Under the pieces are notes generated by a model. That model saw only the letters and a list, made by a program, of their open reading frames with translations, was not told the DNA's origin and made no database searches. This document shows, piece by piece, positions 1 through 8,821 of a stretch of DNA of 64,000 bases. Each line of letters opens with the position of its first letter. Position 1 is the first letter of the stretch. The translations under genes were made by a program, and so were the position numbers. The stretch comes from Bacillales bacterium UBA4855 (lineage in GTDB: Bacteria > Bacillota_I > Bacilli_A > RFN20 > CAG-826): positions 19,107 through 83,106 of the forward strand of contig DHEH01000004.1 in NCBI GenBank assembly GCA_002399785.1, written 5' to 3'.

Positions 1-266
1 AAACAATGATAAAAAATCCAAACATCTATTGTGATACAGCTTGGGTTAAACCTAGAATATTAAAATATTTAGTAAAACATAACTTAATGGACCGAATAAT
101 GTTTGGATCAGATTCGCCAATCGATGGTCAAAACACTTTAGATAATATTATTTATCAAAAATATTTCACAAATTTTGCGAAATTAAATAATGATGATTTT
201 GCAAAAATTATGTATAAAAACGCAATGTCTGTTTATAAAATTAAAGAAGAAAATTTGCAGAAATAA
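1..266 (+). CDS. Amidohydrolase-family (TIM-barrel metal hydrolase) protein, C-terminal fragment; 5' part lies outside the window
   Basis: The frame is open to the window edge. The C-terminal 'IMFGSDSPIDG' resembles the last metal-ligand strand of amidohydrolase_2-type proteins. Confidence 0.45.
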   Translation, partial: TMIKNPNIYCDTAWVKPRILKYLVKHNLMDRIMFGSDSPIDGQNTLDNIIYQKYFTNFAKLNNDDFAKIMYKNAMSVYKIKEENLQK

Positions 267-501
267 TATCGATAAGTCCGCAAGTTCCGCCACTTTCTCC
301 ACATGATCCACTAGATGGAGACTTAACATTCATTATAATTACAACAATTACAACTATAACTAATAACAAGAAAATACTACCAACAATAATAAATCCAGTT
401 TTATCTTTTTTTCTTTCACCTTTATTTAATTCATCAAAAGCCTTTTTTGTTTCTGGATTTTCTTCATCCATTACTTCTTTTTTATCTTTACCTTCAAGCA
501 T
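241..501 (-). CDS. Small single-pass membrane protein (charged N-terminus, one TM, Cys/Gly-rich tail)
   Basis: 86-aa ORF with a K/E-rich N-terminus, hydrophobic stretch 'FIIVGSIFLLLVIVVIVVIIM' and tail 'SGSCGESGGTCG'. I recognise no family. Confidence 0.3.
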   Translation of the reverse strand: MLEGKDKKEVMDEENPETKKAFDELNKGERKKDKTGFIIVGSIFLLLVIVVIVVIIMNVKSPSSGSCGESGGTCGLIDIISANFLL

Positions 502-505
502 AAAA

Positions 506-1309
506 TCACTCCTTCAACAATTCACTCTTTGGAATTAAAGCACCCTTGTATTTAAATTTTAAAGAAACATTAAGACCAATAACAATCATAATTATATCAA
601 TAAAACCTAAAATAAATGAAGTTAATAATCTACAACCAAAAATTATTGAGAATAAACTAAAATCATTATTTAAATAAATGCAAAAAACAGTTGTTGAGAC
701 GGGAACTCTAACTAAATATGTTAGAAAAATTGCCGTACCAATTGTACCAATATAATAAAATTTCATAACATCCAATTTTTTAAATTTATCTTTTAAAACG
801 ATTACTAAAATAATATAAAGAATCGAAAGAACCCAAGAGAATGATGTAAACAATATTTTCACCCAAAGATAAAATTGGTATTCATGTCCTAAATAAATGA
901 TTGAATCTCTACTAAACATAAAATAAGTTAAATAACTTGAAATTAAAGCAAGAATTAAACCTAAAACAAATGGATATTTATGCTCAATCTTAGTTAAATC
1001 AATTAATCTATAAAAATAATAAGGAAGCAATCCACAAAGAGCTGCGCTTATCGTAAATAACGGATTATAAGCCCCGCCTTGAGGAAAAATTAAAGCTCCT
1101 AGGAAATCTTGTCCAGCACCAATAACAAGGCCATAAAGAGGACCTAAATAGAAAGATCCAAACATTACAACCGAACTAGTTAAACTAATTTTTATAAAAG
1201 GTAAACCAACGGAATACAAAGGGATACTTAAAAAGCGCGATAAAATAACAGCTATAGCAAGCAGGATTGAACTAAAAGTAATTTTGAATAATATAGACAT
1301 CTTTTTCAT
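506..1309 (-). CDS. ECF-transporter S-component-like membrane protein (folate-family-like N-terminal half, extra C-terminal TMs)
   Basis: Polytopic membrane ORF. The N-terminal 'ILLAIAVILSRFLSIP....IKISLTSSVVMFGSFYLGPLYGLVIGAGQDFLGALIFP' resembles FolT-type S components. It is longer (267 aa) than typical S components. Confidence 0.4.
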   Translation of the reverse strand: MKKMSILFKITFSSILLAIAVILSRFLSIPLYSVGLPFIKISLTSSVVMFGSFYLGPLYGLVIGAGQDFLGALIFPQGGAYNPLFTISAALCGLLPYYFYRLIDLTKIEHKYPFVLGLILALISSYLTYFMFSRDSIIYLGHEYQFYLWVKILFTSFSWVLSILYIILVIVLKDKFKKLDVMKFYYIGTIGTAIFLTYLVRVPVSTTVFCIYLNNDFSLFSIIFGCRLLTSFILGFIDIIMIVIGLNVSLKFKYKGALIPKSELLKE

Positions 1310-1777
1310 TTAATCGCGCTTTATAGCTTTTGCCATATTTCTCTCGTCATCTCGTTTTTGAATCGTTTCACGTTTATCAAAGTTCTTTTTACCTTTAGCC
1401 AAGGCTATTTCTATCTTGCATCTACCTTTTTTTAAATAAACTTTAGTAGGAACAACTGTGTAGCCATCTTTTACCATCTTTTGTTCTAAACGCAATATTT
1501 CAATTTTATGCATCAATAATTTTCTTGTTCTTAATTCTTCGTGATTAAAAATATTACCTTTATCATAAGGAGCAACATGCATATTTAAAATAAAAGCTTC
1601 ACCATTTTTAATAATCACATAAGCATCGTTAATAGTGCATCCATTATTTTTAATTGATTTAATTTCTGTACCTTTAAGTTCGACCCCGCATTCCATAAAA
1701 TCACTTAAAAAATAATTGAAAGAGGCTTTCCTATTTGTAACTAAAATTTTTCTACCTAAAGTTTCTTCTTTTCTCAT
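1310..1777 (-). CDS. smpB: SsrA-binding protein SmpB
   Basis: 155 aa. 'ILVTNRKASFNYFL...GVELKGTEIKSIK', 'PYD...NH...RTRKLLMHK.EI' and a basic C-terminal tail are typical of SmpB. Confidence 0.9.
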   Translation of the reverse strand: MRKEETLGRKILVTNRKASFNYFLSDFMECGVELKGTEIKSIKNNGCTINDAYVIIKNGEAFILNMHVAPYDKGNIFNHEELRTRKLLMHKIEILRLEQKMVKDGYTVVPTKVYLKKGRCKIEIALAKGKKNFDKRETIQKRDDERNMAKAIKRD

Positions 1778-1806
1778 TTATGAAATTATATACTGAGAAC
1801 TCCAAA

Positions 1807-4071
1807 TTATCTATTTTTAATAGAAAATGTTGAAATTAATTTTCTTTGAGCCTTTTTATTATTGTATCTAAGCAAAAATAGCGAGTTTAAACATACAGTT
1901 ACGCTGCTTACAACCATTAAAAGAGCACACCATTTTGGTTCTAAATAAAAATTTAATGATGCAAAAACTCCTGCAGCAACAGGAATAAAGATGGCATTAT
2001 ATAAAAATGCCCAAAATAGATTAAACTTAATGTTTCTATTTATTTTTTTACTTAATCCAATAATTAAGAAAATATTATTTAAATCATTGTTCATTAAAAC
2101 AAAATCACTGCTACTTAAGGCTATATCGCTTCCTTTAGCTAAACCAACACTAACATCACTATAGGTTAAAGCAATCGAATCGTTGACTCCGTCACCCACC
2201 ATCATTGGTGAATAACCTTCAATCTTTAAAGCTTGAATGGCCTTTTGTTTGTCTTTTGGTGTTGCATTAGCATAAATATATTTAATACCCAGTTCTTTAG
2301 CAACATCATTTGCAATATCTCTATTATCTCCAGTTAAAAGAACTACTTTTTTAAAATATGAATTAGAATTTTCGATAAATGAATATGTATCATTTTTAAT
2401 TGTGTCTTCAAGTAAAATAGTTGCTAACAATTTTTCGTCAGTGAATACAAAGGTAGAAAGATACCTATAAGTATTAACATTATTTAAGTTTTCAATATCA
2501 TTATCGTCTTTAATTATTTCAGTGGCTAAAGTTTTTGAGCCAATATAATAAGTCGTATTTTTATATGTACCTTTAACCCCTCTTCCAGGAATAATTGCAA
2601 TATTTGTAACATTAATTAATTTGGAATTTTTTCTAAAATACCCTGCAATTGCCTCACTAAATGGATGAAAACTCTTCTTTTCAATGGTGTAAATGATGTC
2701 ATTTAAATCCTTCATTTTGGAATAAAGAAGAACTGTATTAGCTGATAAAGTACCGCTAGTTAAAGTGTTTGTTTTATCTAATACAATTGCATCAATTTTT
2801 CCAACACGCTCGACAGCTTCAGAATTATTTACTAAAACACCGTTTTTAGAAAACAAGCTGCTTCCAACCAATAAAGATATTGGAGTTGCTAACCCTAAAG
2901 CGCATGGGCAAGAAATAGTTAAGACTCCAATGCTAAAAGCCAAGGCTTCTTGAAGTGGAGTCATGTACATTTCAATAACAGTAGTTCCATTAATAGAATC
3001 GATAGCAATCCAAACACAAAAAGTTAAAACAGCTATTCCAAAAACAATCGGAACAAATATTCCAGCAATTTTATCGACCATTTTAACTAAATTACTTTTT
3101 GAATTAGAAGCGTTATTAACCAAGTTCATTATTTGATTCAAAACTGAATCTTTATTAGTTTTTGTAACAATTACTTCAATTGATCCATCTTTATTTGAGG
3201 TGCCAGCATAAACAAGCGAATCTTCACTTTTTTCTATTAATTTTGATTCACCAGTTAACATCGATTCATCAACATATGTTTTTCCACTTTTTATAAAACC
3301 ATCTACAGGTATATTTTTACCAGGTTTTACCAATACACAATCATCAACTTGAAGATATTTTGTTTCAATTTCAACCAATTCTCCACTACGATAAACCATA
3401 GTCTTGTCTGGCCTTAATTTTAACATTTCATTAAGGGTTTGCAGGGCTTTTTTCTTACTTAAGGACTCAATTAGCCTTCCTAAAGATACTATAACTAGTA
3501 CCATTGCACATGCATCATAAAAATAATGCACCATCATATATGAATCTGGATTAATCGTTACATCAATCGTAAGATATAATGAATAAATTAAACTGGCAAA
3601 AGAACTAATAAAAACTAAAGAATCCATTCCTAAATGTAATTTAAAAATACTCTTAATTCCATTTATATAAATATCTACAAATAAGACAATAATAACAACA
3701 CAAAGTCCTAATTGAAGAAAACCTCTCAAAGAATCGCTTGCGCCCCAAAGAGGTCCGCCCATTCCGATATATAGAACGAAAAATAACAAAATAAATCCGA
3801 TAATTAAATGAGCAATTTCTTTAATTTTTGCTTTTTTATCATTTCTTATTGAAAAACCATCATCGATAATTTCTGATACCTTATAACCGCTTGACGCAAT
3901 CGCCTTTGCAATTGTATCTTTATCAATTAATTTATTTTTATAAGTTACTTTGACCGTATTGTTTACAAGATTTACGTCAATAGAGTCAACACCTGGTAAT
4001 TTAATAACAGAATTTATTACTGTTCCTTTACAACCAGCACAATACATGTTGACAGCAAAGATAACTTCCAT
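1807..4071 (-). CDS. copA: Heavy-metal (Cu+-type) P1B-ATPase with N-terminal HMA domain
   Basis: N-terminal CxxC (CAGCKG), TGES, a CPC membrane motif, the phosphorylation site as DKTNT, HP, GDGVNDS, and YN / M..SS in the last TMs. All are CopA-like. Confidence 0.88.
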   Translation of the reverse strand: MEVIFAVNMYCAGCKGTVINSVIKLPGVDSIDVNLVNNTVKVTYKNKLIDKDTIAKAIASSGYKVSEIIDDGFSIRNDKKAKIKEIAHLIIGFILLFFVLYIGMGGPLWGASDSLRGFLQLGLCVVIIVLFVDIYINGIKSIFKLHLGMDSLVFISSFASLIYSLYLTIDVTINPDSYMMVHYFYDACAMVLVIVSLGRLIESLSKKKALQTLNEMLKLRPDKTMVYRSGELVEIETKYLQVDDCVLVKPGKNIPVDGFIKSGKTYVDESMLTGESKLIEKSEDSLVYAGTSNKDGSIEVIVTKTNKDSVLNQIMNLVNNASNSKSNLVKMVDKIAGIFVPIVFGIAVLTFCVWIAIDSINGTTVIEMYMTPLQEALAFSIGVLTISCPCALGLATPISLLVGSSLFSKNGVLVNNSEAVERVGKIDAIVLDKTNTLTSGTLSANTVLLYSKMKDLNDIIYTIEKKSFHPFSEAIAGYFRKNSKLINVTNIAIIPGRGVKGTYKNTTYYIGSKTLATEIIKDDNDIENLNNVNTYRYLSTFVFTDEKLLATILLEDTIKNDTYSFIENSNSYFKKVVLLTGDNRDIANDVAKELGIKYIYANATPKDKQKAIQALKIEGYSPMMVGDGVNDSIALTYSDVSVGLAKGSDIALSSSDFVLMNNDLNNIFLIIGLSKKINRNIKFNLFWAFLYNAIFIPVAAGVFASLNFYLEPKWCALLMVVSSVTVCLNSLFLLRYNNKKAQRKLISTFSIKNR

Positions 4072-4072
4072 C

Positions 4073-4606
4073 TTATTTACTCCTTAAACTGACATCATGA
4101 AATTTATTTACCATAACGTCAAGATTGGCATTATCAACTCGATCTTGAGGATTGTTCAGCATAGAAAGCATTGCGTCCGATGAAGCTCCACCTTCTTTTT
4201 TTGCAGCAAACTTTAACCCAGTTTTAATGAAAAACCTTTGCAAAGGTGCCATCTTTTTAATATCTAAACCACCAGGAAGTAAATAAAGACGAACATGATA
4301 AGAATCTAAATTGTTAGCTGTAACAATCAAATTTCTTTTATCGTCAGTTGCTGGTTCAAGCCCAACCGCAAAGACAAAAATATTTTTATCTTTCATATGT
4401 TTATATTTTTTAAGAAAACGATCCAATCCTAAAATAACATTATTTCTAATTGGTCCTCCATAAAAAATATTGTCAGCATCTTTAAGATTTTTTGTAGAAA
4501 CCTTATTAACTTTAAAAACTTCTAATGTGGCGATTCTATTCTTTAACATATCCACATACTTCTTGGTAAATCCGGTGTTGGATTTGTAAAATAATACGTT
4601 TTTCAT
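4073..4606 (-). CDS. Flavodoxin-domain protein (HemG/Flavodoxin_5-like)
   Basis: 'MKNVLFYKSNTGFTKKY' is a flavodoxin-like N-terminus. I moved the start to the second Met (MKNV) of the 4073..4624 ORF. Confidence 0.45.
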   Translation of the reverse strand: MKNVLFYKSNTGFTKKYVDMLKNRIATLEVFKVNKVSTKNLKDADNIFYGGPIRNNVILGLDRFLKKYKHMKDKNIFVFAVGLEPATDDKRNLIVTANNLDSYHVRLYLLPGGLDIKKMAPLQRFFIKTGLKFAAKKEGGASSDAMLSMLNNPQDRVDNANLDVMVNKFHDVSLRSK

Positions 4607-4631
4607 AATGTATAAATTATACATTAAAAAA

Positions 4632-4656
4632 AGAGCAAAATTAATAATCTTGCTCT
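4632..4656 (-). terminator. Rho-independent terminator-like hairpin downstream of the 4675..4863 ORF
   Basis: Stem AGAGCAA/TTGCTCT (7 bp, 11-nt loop), flanked by an A-run on the plus strand (a T-run on the minus strand). Confidence 0.45.
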
Positions 4657-4674
4657 AAAAATATATTTTTTATT

Positions 4675-4863
4675 TTAAAAGAATCCAAAATAAAATATAA
4701 AAAACGAAATAGTATAAAAAAACAATAAGGCGCAAAAAGAGAAAAACAAAATCCAATACCATTTTAGGCCGTCTTTTTTATCAATAAAAGTTTCTTTATT
4801 ATCTTTTCTTTTAGATGACTTGTTTTCGATTATCTTTTTGTTTTCTTCCATATTAAACTCCAC
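4675..4863 (-). CDS. Small membrane protein
   Basis: 62-aa ORF with a K/E-rich N-terminus followed by 'WYWILFFSFCALLFFYTISFFIFYFGFF'. It overlaps the end of the upstream gene by 11 nt. Confidence 0.3.
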   Translation of the reverse strand: MEFNMEENKKIIENKSSKRKDNKETFIDKKDGLKWYWILFFSFCALLFFYTISFFIFYFGFF

Positions 4864-5944
4864 TTCTTAATGTTGAATAATCAACATTTGTTCCAACTAA
4901 AGGAATTGAATTGCCTTCAGTATTCATTAAATACGAAAAATAGATTGTGTTATAAGCAATAGAAGGAACATGCAAGTTCAAACTAGTATGAACAACATAA
5001 TCTTCAGTACTTGTCATTTGAATTAATTTTAAATCTCTAGTCATTGTAAGAATTACACCGATATTGTTAAATGTTGGTAAAGCGCCCATTTTAGCAACGT
5101 TGCTAGATGCATCAACAGTTGTAGTAGTAATATATTTCGCATAACTTTCAATAGCTTTTTGGTTTAAAGACAATTTAACTTCATAATTTCCGTCCTTGTT
5201 TATTAAAATAGCATTATCATAAACAACATCGTTTCCATCAGCGTTTTTTAAAGTAACAGGAGAATCTGTAACACAATCCTTATTAATTTGATAACTGACG
5301 ACTGCATCAGGAATTGTACTAAAAGTTTCGACAAATCTTGCTGAATTCACTTCCTCATATGTTGGTTTTTTATCATAATTCGCATAAATATTTGCGCCAC
5401 TATCATTGATATTGCTTCCGCCAGTAATGCGATAATAATCATAAGCGCTATCGTATTTTTTCGTTAAATCTGTCAAAATCGTAGTTGAATTAAAATTATA
5501 AGTTCTTTCTGCAAAAGCGACAAAACCTGCTTTCGAAATATTTTCTCTCATCACCAAAGAATCTTTTTTAAACGAACTTGAATATGTAATCTGAACATTA
5601 TCGATTCCTGCTGTACTACTTTTAACATTTGAAATAGCTAAAGAAGACCTAACGTCTGTTTCGTAAGTAAATTCATATATAGCGTGGCCTGCCAAATCTG
5701 CTGGCGATATTTTTTCTGTCATTGACGAAGATGAAAAATCAATCGAAGAAATGTTCTCGACTTTTACATCGTTTTTTGCCAAAAATTGTTCAAAAGCATT
5801 CGATCCATTCCTATCAATTTCATAACTTCCTATTACTTGTAATGAAGGTTTAAAATATCCACCAATAAACCAGCCAAGGACTGCACCAACGGCTGAGCAA
5901 AGAACTACCGAAGTTGATAAAATGGCAATAGATTTTTTATTCAT
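4853..5944 (-). CDS. N-terminally membrane-anchored extracytoplasmic protein, unknown function
   Basis: 363 aa with a signal-anchor 'IAILSTSVVLCSAVGAVLGWFIGG' followed by an S/T/N-rich soluble domain. I recognise no family. Confidence 0.4.
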   Translation of the reverse strand: MNKKSIAILSTSVVLCSAVGAVLGWFIGGYFKPSLQVIGSYEIDRNGSNAFEQFLAKNDVKVENISSIDFSSSSMTEKISPADLAGHAIYEFTYETDVRSSLAISNVKSSTAGIDNVQITYSSSFKKDSLVMRENISKAGFVAFAERTYNFNSTTILTDLTKKYDSAYDYYRITGGSNINDSGANIYANYDKKPTYEEVNSARFVETFSTIPDAVVSYQINKDCVTDSPVTLKNADGNDVVYDNAILINKDGNYEVKLSLNQKAIESYAKYITTTTVDASSNVAKMGALPTFNNIGVILTMTRDLKLIQMTSTEDYVVHTSLNLHVPSIAYNTIYFSYLMNTEGNSIPLVGTNVDYSTLRSGV

Positions 5945-6047
5945 GCTGAATATAATAGACCATTATAATTAAAATGTCAAATATGCGATACCATCGCATT
6001 TATTTACGAGAACTTACCATATAAACTAGATATAATAATTTTAAAAA

Positions 6048-6293
6048 CTAGTTAGAATAATCATCGATTTCTTCAACTAAATCTTCAAAAGTTATGTCTA
6101 ATCCAATACAAATCCTGTTCAACATCTCTAACGAAGGATTTCTTGTTCCTCTTTCAAGATCACTTAAATAATTTTTGTTTATTGCGCAAAGATAAGCCAA
6201 TTCTTCTTGAGAAATCTTTTTTTGTTGTCTCAAAAGACGAATTTTACGGCCTAAATTTTTTTGTATTTTTAAAAAATTATTGTTCTTGTCCAT
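6048..6293 (-). CDS. XRE-family helix-turn-helix transcriptional regulator
   Basis: 'LGRKIRLLRQQKKISQEELAYLCAINKNYLSDLERGTRNPSLEML' is a canonical HTH_3 domain. It overlaps the whiA 3' end by 17 nt. Confidence 0.8.
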   Translation of the reverse strand: MDKNNNFLKIQKNLGRKIRLLRQQKKISQEELAYLCAINKNYLSDLERGTRNPSLEMLNRICIGLDITFEDLVEEIDDYSN

Positions 6294-7239
6294 ATTGTTC
6301 AGCCATTTTTCTAATTTTTATGAATAAATGATTAACATTTGATTTCGATACTTTAACATCAAGTTTCTCACTTAACATTTCAGCTAAATCATTGTAAGTT
6401 GCTTCTGGTTGTTCTAAACGCAATTCGCACAATAATCGTAATTTTTGATTTTCAATCAACTTGATTCCGATTCTTCTGTCAAGAAATTTTATTTGCTCTA
6501 TTTGTTCTTTTGCATTATTTACGGATTTTTTATAATTATATGCATCGCAATTCATTAATCTGTTTGTAACGTTACTAAAATCTCTATCAACTCTAACGTT
6601 TTCAAACTCTAAACATGAATTAGAAGCATCTAAATAGGCAATATATGAACTTATCTGATCACTTTTCTTCAAATATACAGTGTAATTATTTCTTCTTTTA
6701 GTATATTTAAAATCAAATCGATAATCTTTAACCTTATTCAAAAGTTTTAAAACAGCCTTTGCAAAAGCTTCATCTCTAACATACATTTCAAGATGATAGT
6801 TGCTTGAAGATGGAGAGTTACAACTTCCACATGCAAGAAAAATCCCCTGCAAATACCCCTTAATTCCTTCTTCTTTGTTAGTTAAATGATATGGAATCTT
6901 ATCATCCAAAAAATTAATACTCAGTTCATCTTTAATTAAATCTATTCCGTCTAAAACATTAATAATGTATTCAGTAGCTTTAAAAAATTTCATTGATTTC
7001 CTATAACTAAACGAAATTACGACATCAGGAAACAATGTTTTTACAATCATATAAATATATTTAGCAATTTTTGCGTTTTCAGTAACCAATTGAAGAATAT
7101 CTTTTTTATTTTTGAATACAATGGTTCCGTTAATTCGCAAAAAAGCAGCTAAAATAGAGACCATTCTTTCAATCGATGTTTCACCTTGCGAGGAAATTTC
7201 TTCCTTTATTTTTTGTGTAAAAGATACATTTTCTTCCAT
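6277..7239 (-). CDS. whiA: DNA-binding protein WhiA
   Basis: 320 aa. The N-terminal 'FTQKIKEEI', a LAGLIDADG-like middle domain ('GIFLACGS') and a C-terminal HTH ('YNDLAEMLSEK...SKSNVNHLFIKI') match WhiA architecture. Confidence 0.85.
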   Translation of the reverse strand: MEENVSFTQKIKEEISSQGETSIERMVSILAAFLRINGTIVFKNKKDILQLVTENAKIAKYIYMIVKTLFPDVVISFSYRKSMKFFKATEYIINVLDGIDLIKDELSINFLDDKIPYHLTNKEEGIKGYLQGIFLACGSCNSPSSSNYHLEMYVRDEAFAKAVLKLLNKVKDYRFDFKYTKRRNNYTVYLKKSDQISSYIAYLDASNSCLEFENVRVDRDFSNVTNRLMNCDAYNYKKSVNNAKEQIEQIKFLDRRIGIKLIENQKLRLLCELRLEQPEATYNDLAEMLSEKLDVKVSKSNVNHLFIKIRKMAEQYGQEQ

Positions 7240-7257
7240 TTTTAAATTATATATTTT

Positions 7258-8178
7258 TTATTTTTTTAATTTATTAAGATATTTTATTGCGCTCGTTGCT
7301 GCAGTAGCTCCGTCCCCACAAGCAGTTACTATTTGACGTAAAGGTTTATCGACGATGTCTCCAGCAACAAAAACGCCAGGAACATTGGTCTCCATATTAA
7401 AATTAGCTTTTATAAAACCACGATTTTGATCCAAACCAAGTTGATTAAATATATAGTTACTTGGAATATCGCCAGTAAATGGAAAACATCCACTTACTTC
7501 AAGAATTTTTTCATCGTTGTTTTCTAAATTTTGTATTTTGACCGCTTCTAAACCATCAACACCAATAAATTCTTTTATTTTAAAAGGAGAGAGGAATTCA
7601 ACATTATTCATTTTTTTAAGGTTGGTTAAATTCCCTTCGTAATCATCGTCATTTTTATCACTTACTAAATATAACTTGCTGACTAAATTAGATAAATAAG
7701 TAGCTTCTAGATAGCCTTTTCTCTCATTAGCGAAAACAACCACCTCTTTATTCTTATAGAAGAATCCGTCGCAAACAGCGCAATAAGAGATTCCTTTTCC
7801 TACAAACTTATCTTCGTTAATTATTCCAAGTTTTTTGGTAGTTGAGCCAGTTGCAATAATCAATGATTTAGTAAGATAGGTATTGTTTTCACAAACAATT
7901 TCAAAGCCTTCTTCATTCTTATTGATTCCTTTAATAAGCTCTTTACTAATTTTTACGCCAAGGGCTTCAACTTGTTTTTTCATATTCAGAATAAGAGAAA
8001 AACCGTCAATCGAAGGAAAACCAGGATAATTATCAATTTGAGTTATGATATTTAATTTTCCTCCAACCATTTCTTTTTCAAAAATTGCAAATTTAAATTT
8101 GGTACGAGCTAAATATAAAGCACTTGTTAAACCAGCCGAACCAGCTCCGATAATAATTACATCTTCTTCAATTCTCAT
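7258..8178 (-). CDS. trxB: Thioredoxin-disulfide reductase
   Basis: 'IIIGAGSAGLTSALY' FAD motif, the redox-active CAVCDG site, and 'GVFVAGD' near the C-terminus. Confidence 0.9.
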   Translation of the reverse strand: MRIEEDVIIIGAGSAGLTSALYLARTKFKFAIFEKEMVGGKLNIITQIDNYPGFPSIDGFSLILNMKKQVEALGVKISKELIKGINKNEEGFEIVCENNTYLTKSLIIATGSTTKKLGIINEDKFVGKGISYCAVCDGFFYKNKEVVVFANERKGYLEATYLSNLVSKLYLVSDKNDDDYEGNLTNLKKMNNVEFLSPFKIKEFIGVDGLEAVKIQNLENNDEKILEVSGCFPFTGDIPSNYIFNQLGLDQNRGFIKANFNMETNVPGVFVAGDIVDKPLRQIVTACGDGATAATSAIKYLNKLKK

Positions 8179-8821
8179 ATTTCTTTATCTCCTTATATAA
8201 TTCGTCATAGTTTTTACAAAAAGCTAATGGATGCGGATTTGAAACGAGGTTATAAAATCTCTCATTCATGCTCATTAATACACAATCAATATTAGCATTT
8301 TTAGCAGCTAAATAATCGTAATCAGTATCACCAACAGCTAATACTTCTTTATTGGTAACGCCAAAGTGACTTAAAACAAGTTTCATACCTGCTGGATCTG
8401 GCTTTTGTGAATCAACACTTTCACATGTTACAACAAAATCAAATAAATTAAATATATGTGCTCTTTTTAAGCAATCTTTAGTTCTAACATAATTTTTATT
8501 AGTGACAATCGCTAATTTGTATCCATCTTTTTTAAGAGCTCTACAAACTTTAGCGCAATGCGTAAAAATATGGCAATATTGGTCATAATATTTACCGGTT
8601 CGACTTCTATATTCTTTCAAAACATCATCATAATTAGAATCTGGAAATAAAGTATTGATAGCATAACCAATTGGGGGCCCACTAAAAGTAGCAATCTGTT
8701 TTCTATCAACTTTATATCCTTTAGGTTTGAATGTTTTAATCATTTCTTCCCAAGATTTAAAAATGACGTAATCTGTATCAATAATCGTCCCATCCATATC
8801 AAAAATAATGACTTTATACAT
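8168..8821 (-). CDS. HAD-superfamily phosphatase (PpaX / phosphoglycolate-phosphatase-like)
   Basis: Motif I 'IIFDMDGTIIDTD', 'VTNK' and 'VGDTDYD'. Its position directly downstream of lgt matches the lgt-ppaX arrangement of Bacillota. Confidence 0.75.
   Translation of the reverse strand: MYKVIIFDMDGTIIDTDYVIFKSWEEMIKTFKPKGYKVDRKQIATFSGPPIGYAINTLFPDSNYDDVLKEYRSRTGKYYDQYCHIFTHCAKVCRALKKDGYKLAIVTNKNYVRTKDCLKRAHIFNLFDFVVTCESVDSQKPDPAGMKLVLSHFGVTNKEVLAVGDTDYDYLAAKNANIDCVLMSMNERFYNLVSNPHPLAFCKNYDELYKEIKKYEN

Noticed and set aside
2765-2953. Nested or antisense ORFs from the track. Examples are 2765-2953, 6143-6331, 7112-7336, 10884-11084, 11242-11439, 12991-13191, 13249-13437, 17384-17572, 18830-19045, 19070-19432 and 19779-20006. 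Others are 21633-21869, 22434-22643, 23375-23880, 26178-26390, 28965-29402, 29467-29661, 30019-30249 and 31148-32046. Further ones fall in 34453-35756, at 36619-36831, 40399-40614, 41162-41398, in 43554-44273 and 44494-45093, and at 46738-46920. The rest fall in 52830-53306, at 54117-54359, in 54856-55277 and 56198-57415, in 57959-58441, and at 61011-61244 and 62617-62976.
   Set aside because: Each lies wholly inside, and opposite or out of frame to, a gene with strong family motifs. Their products are low-complexity or hydrophobic shadows typical of AT-rich DNA, and they lack SD sequences.
6048-6293. The XRE regulator as half of a toxin-antitoxin or phage-defence module.
   Set aside because: No adjacent small toxin-like or nuclease or abortive-infection ORF is present. 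It is translationally coupled to housekeeping whiA, and the downstream genes are membrane proteins without defence-type domains.
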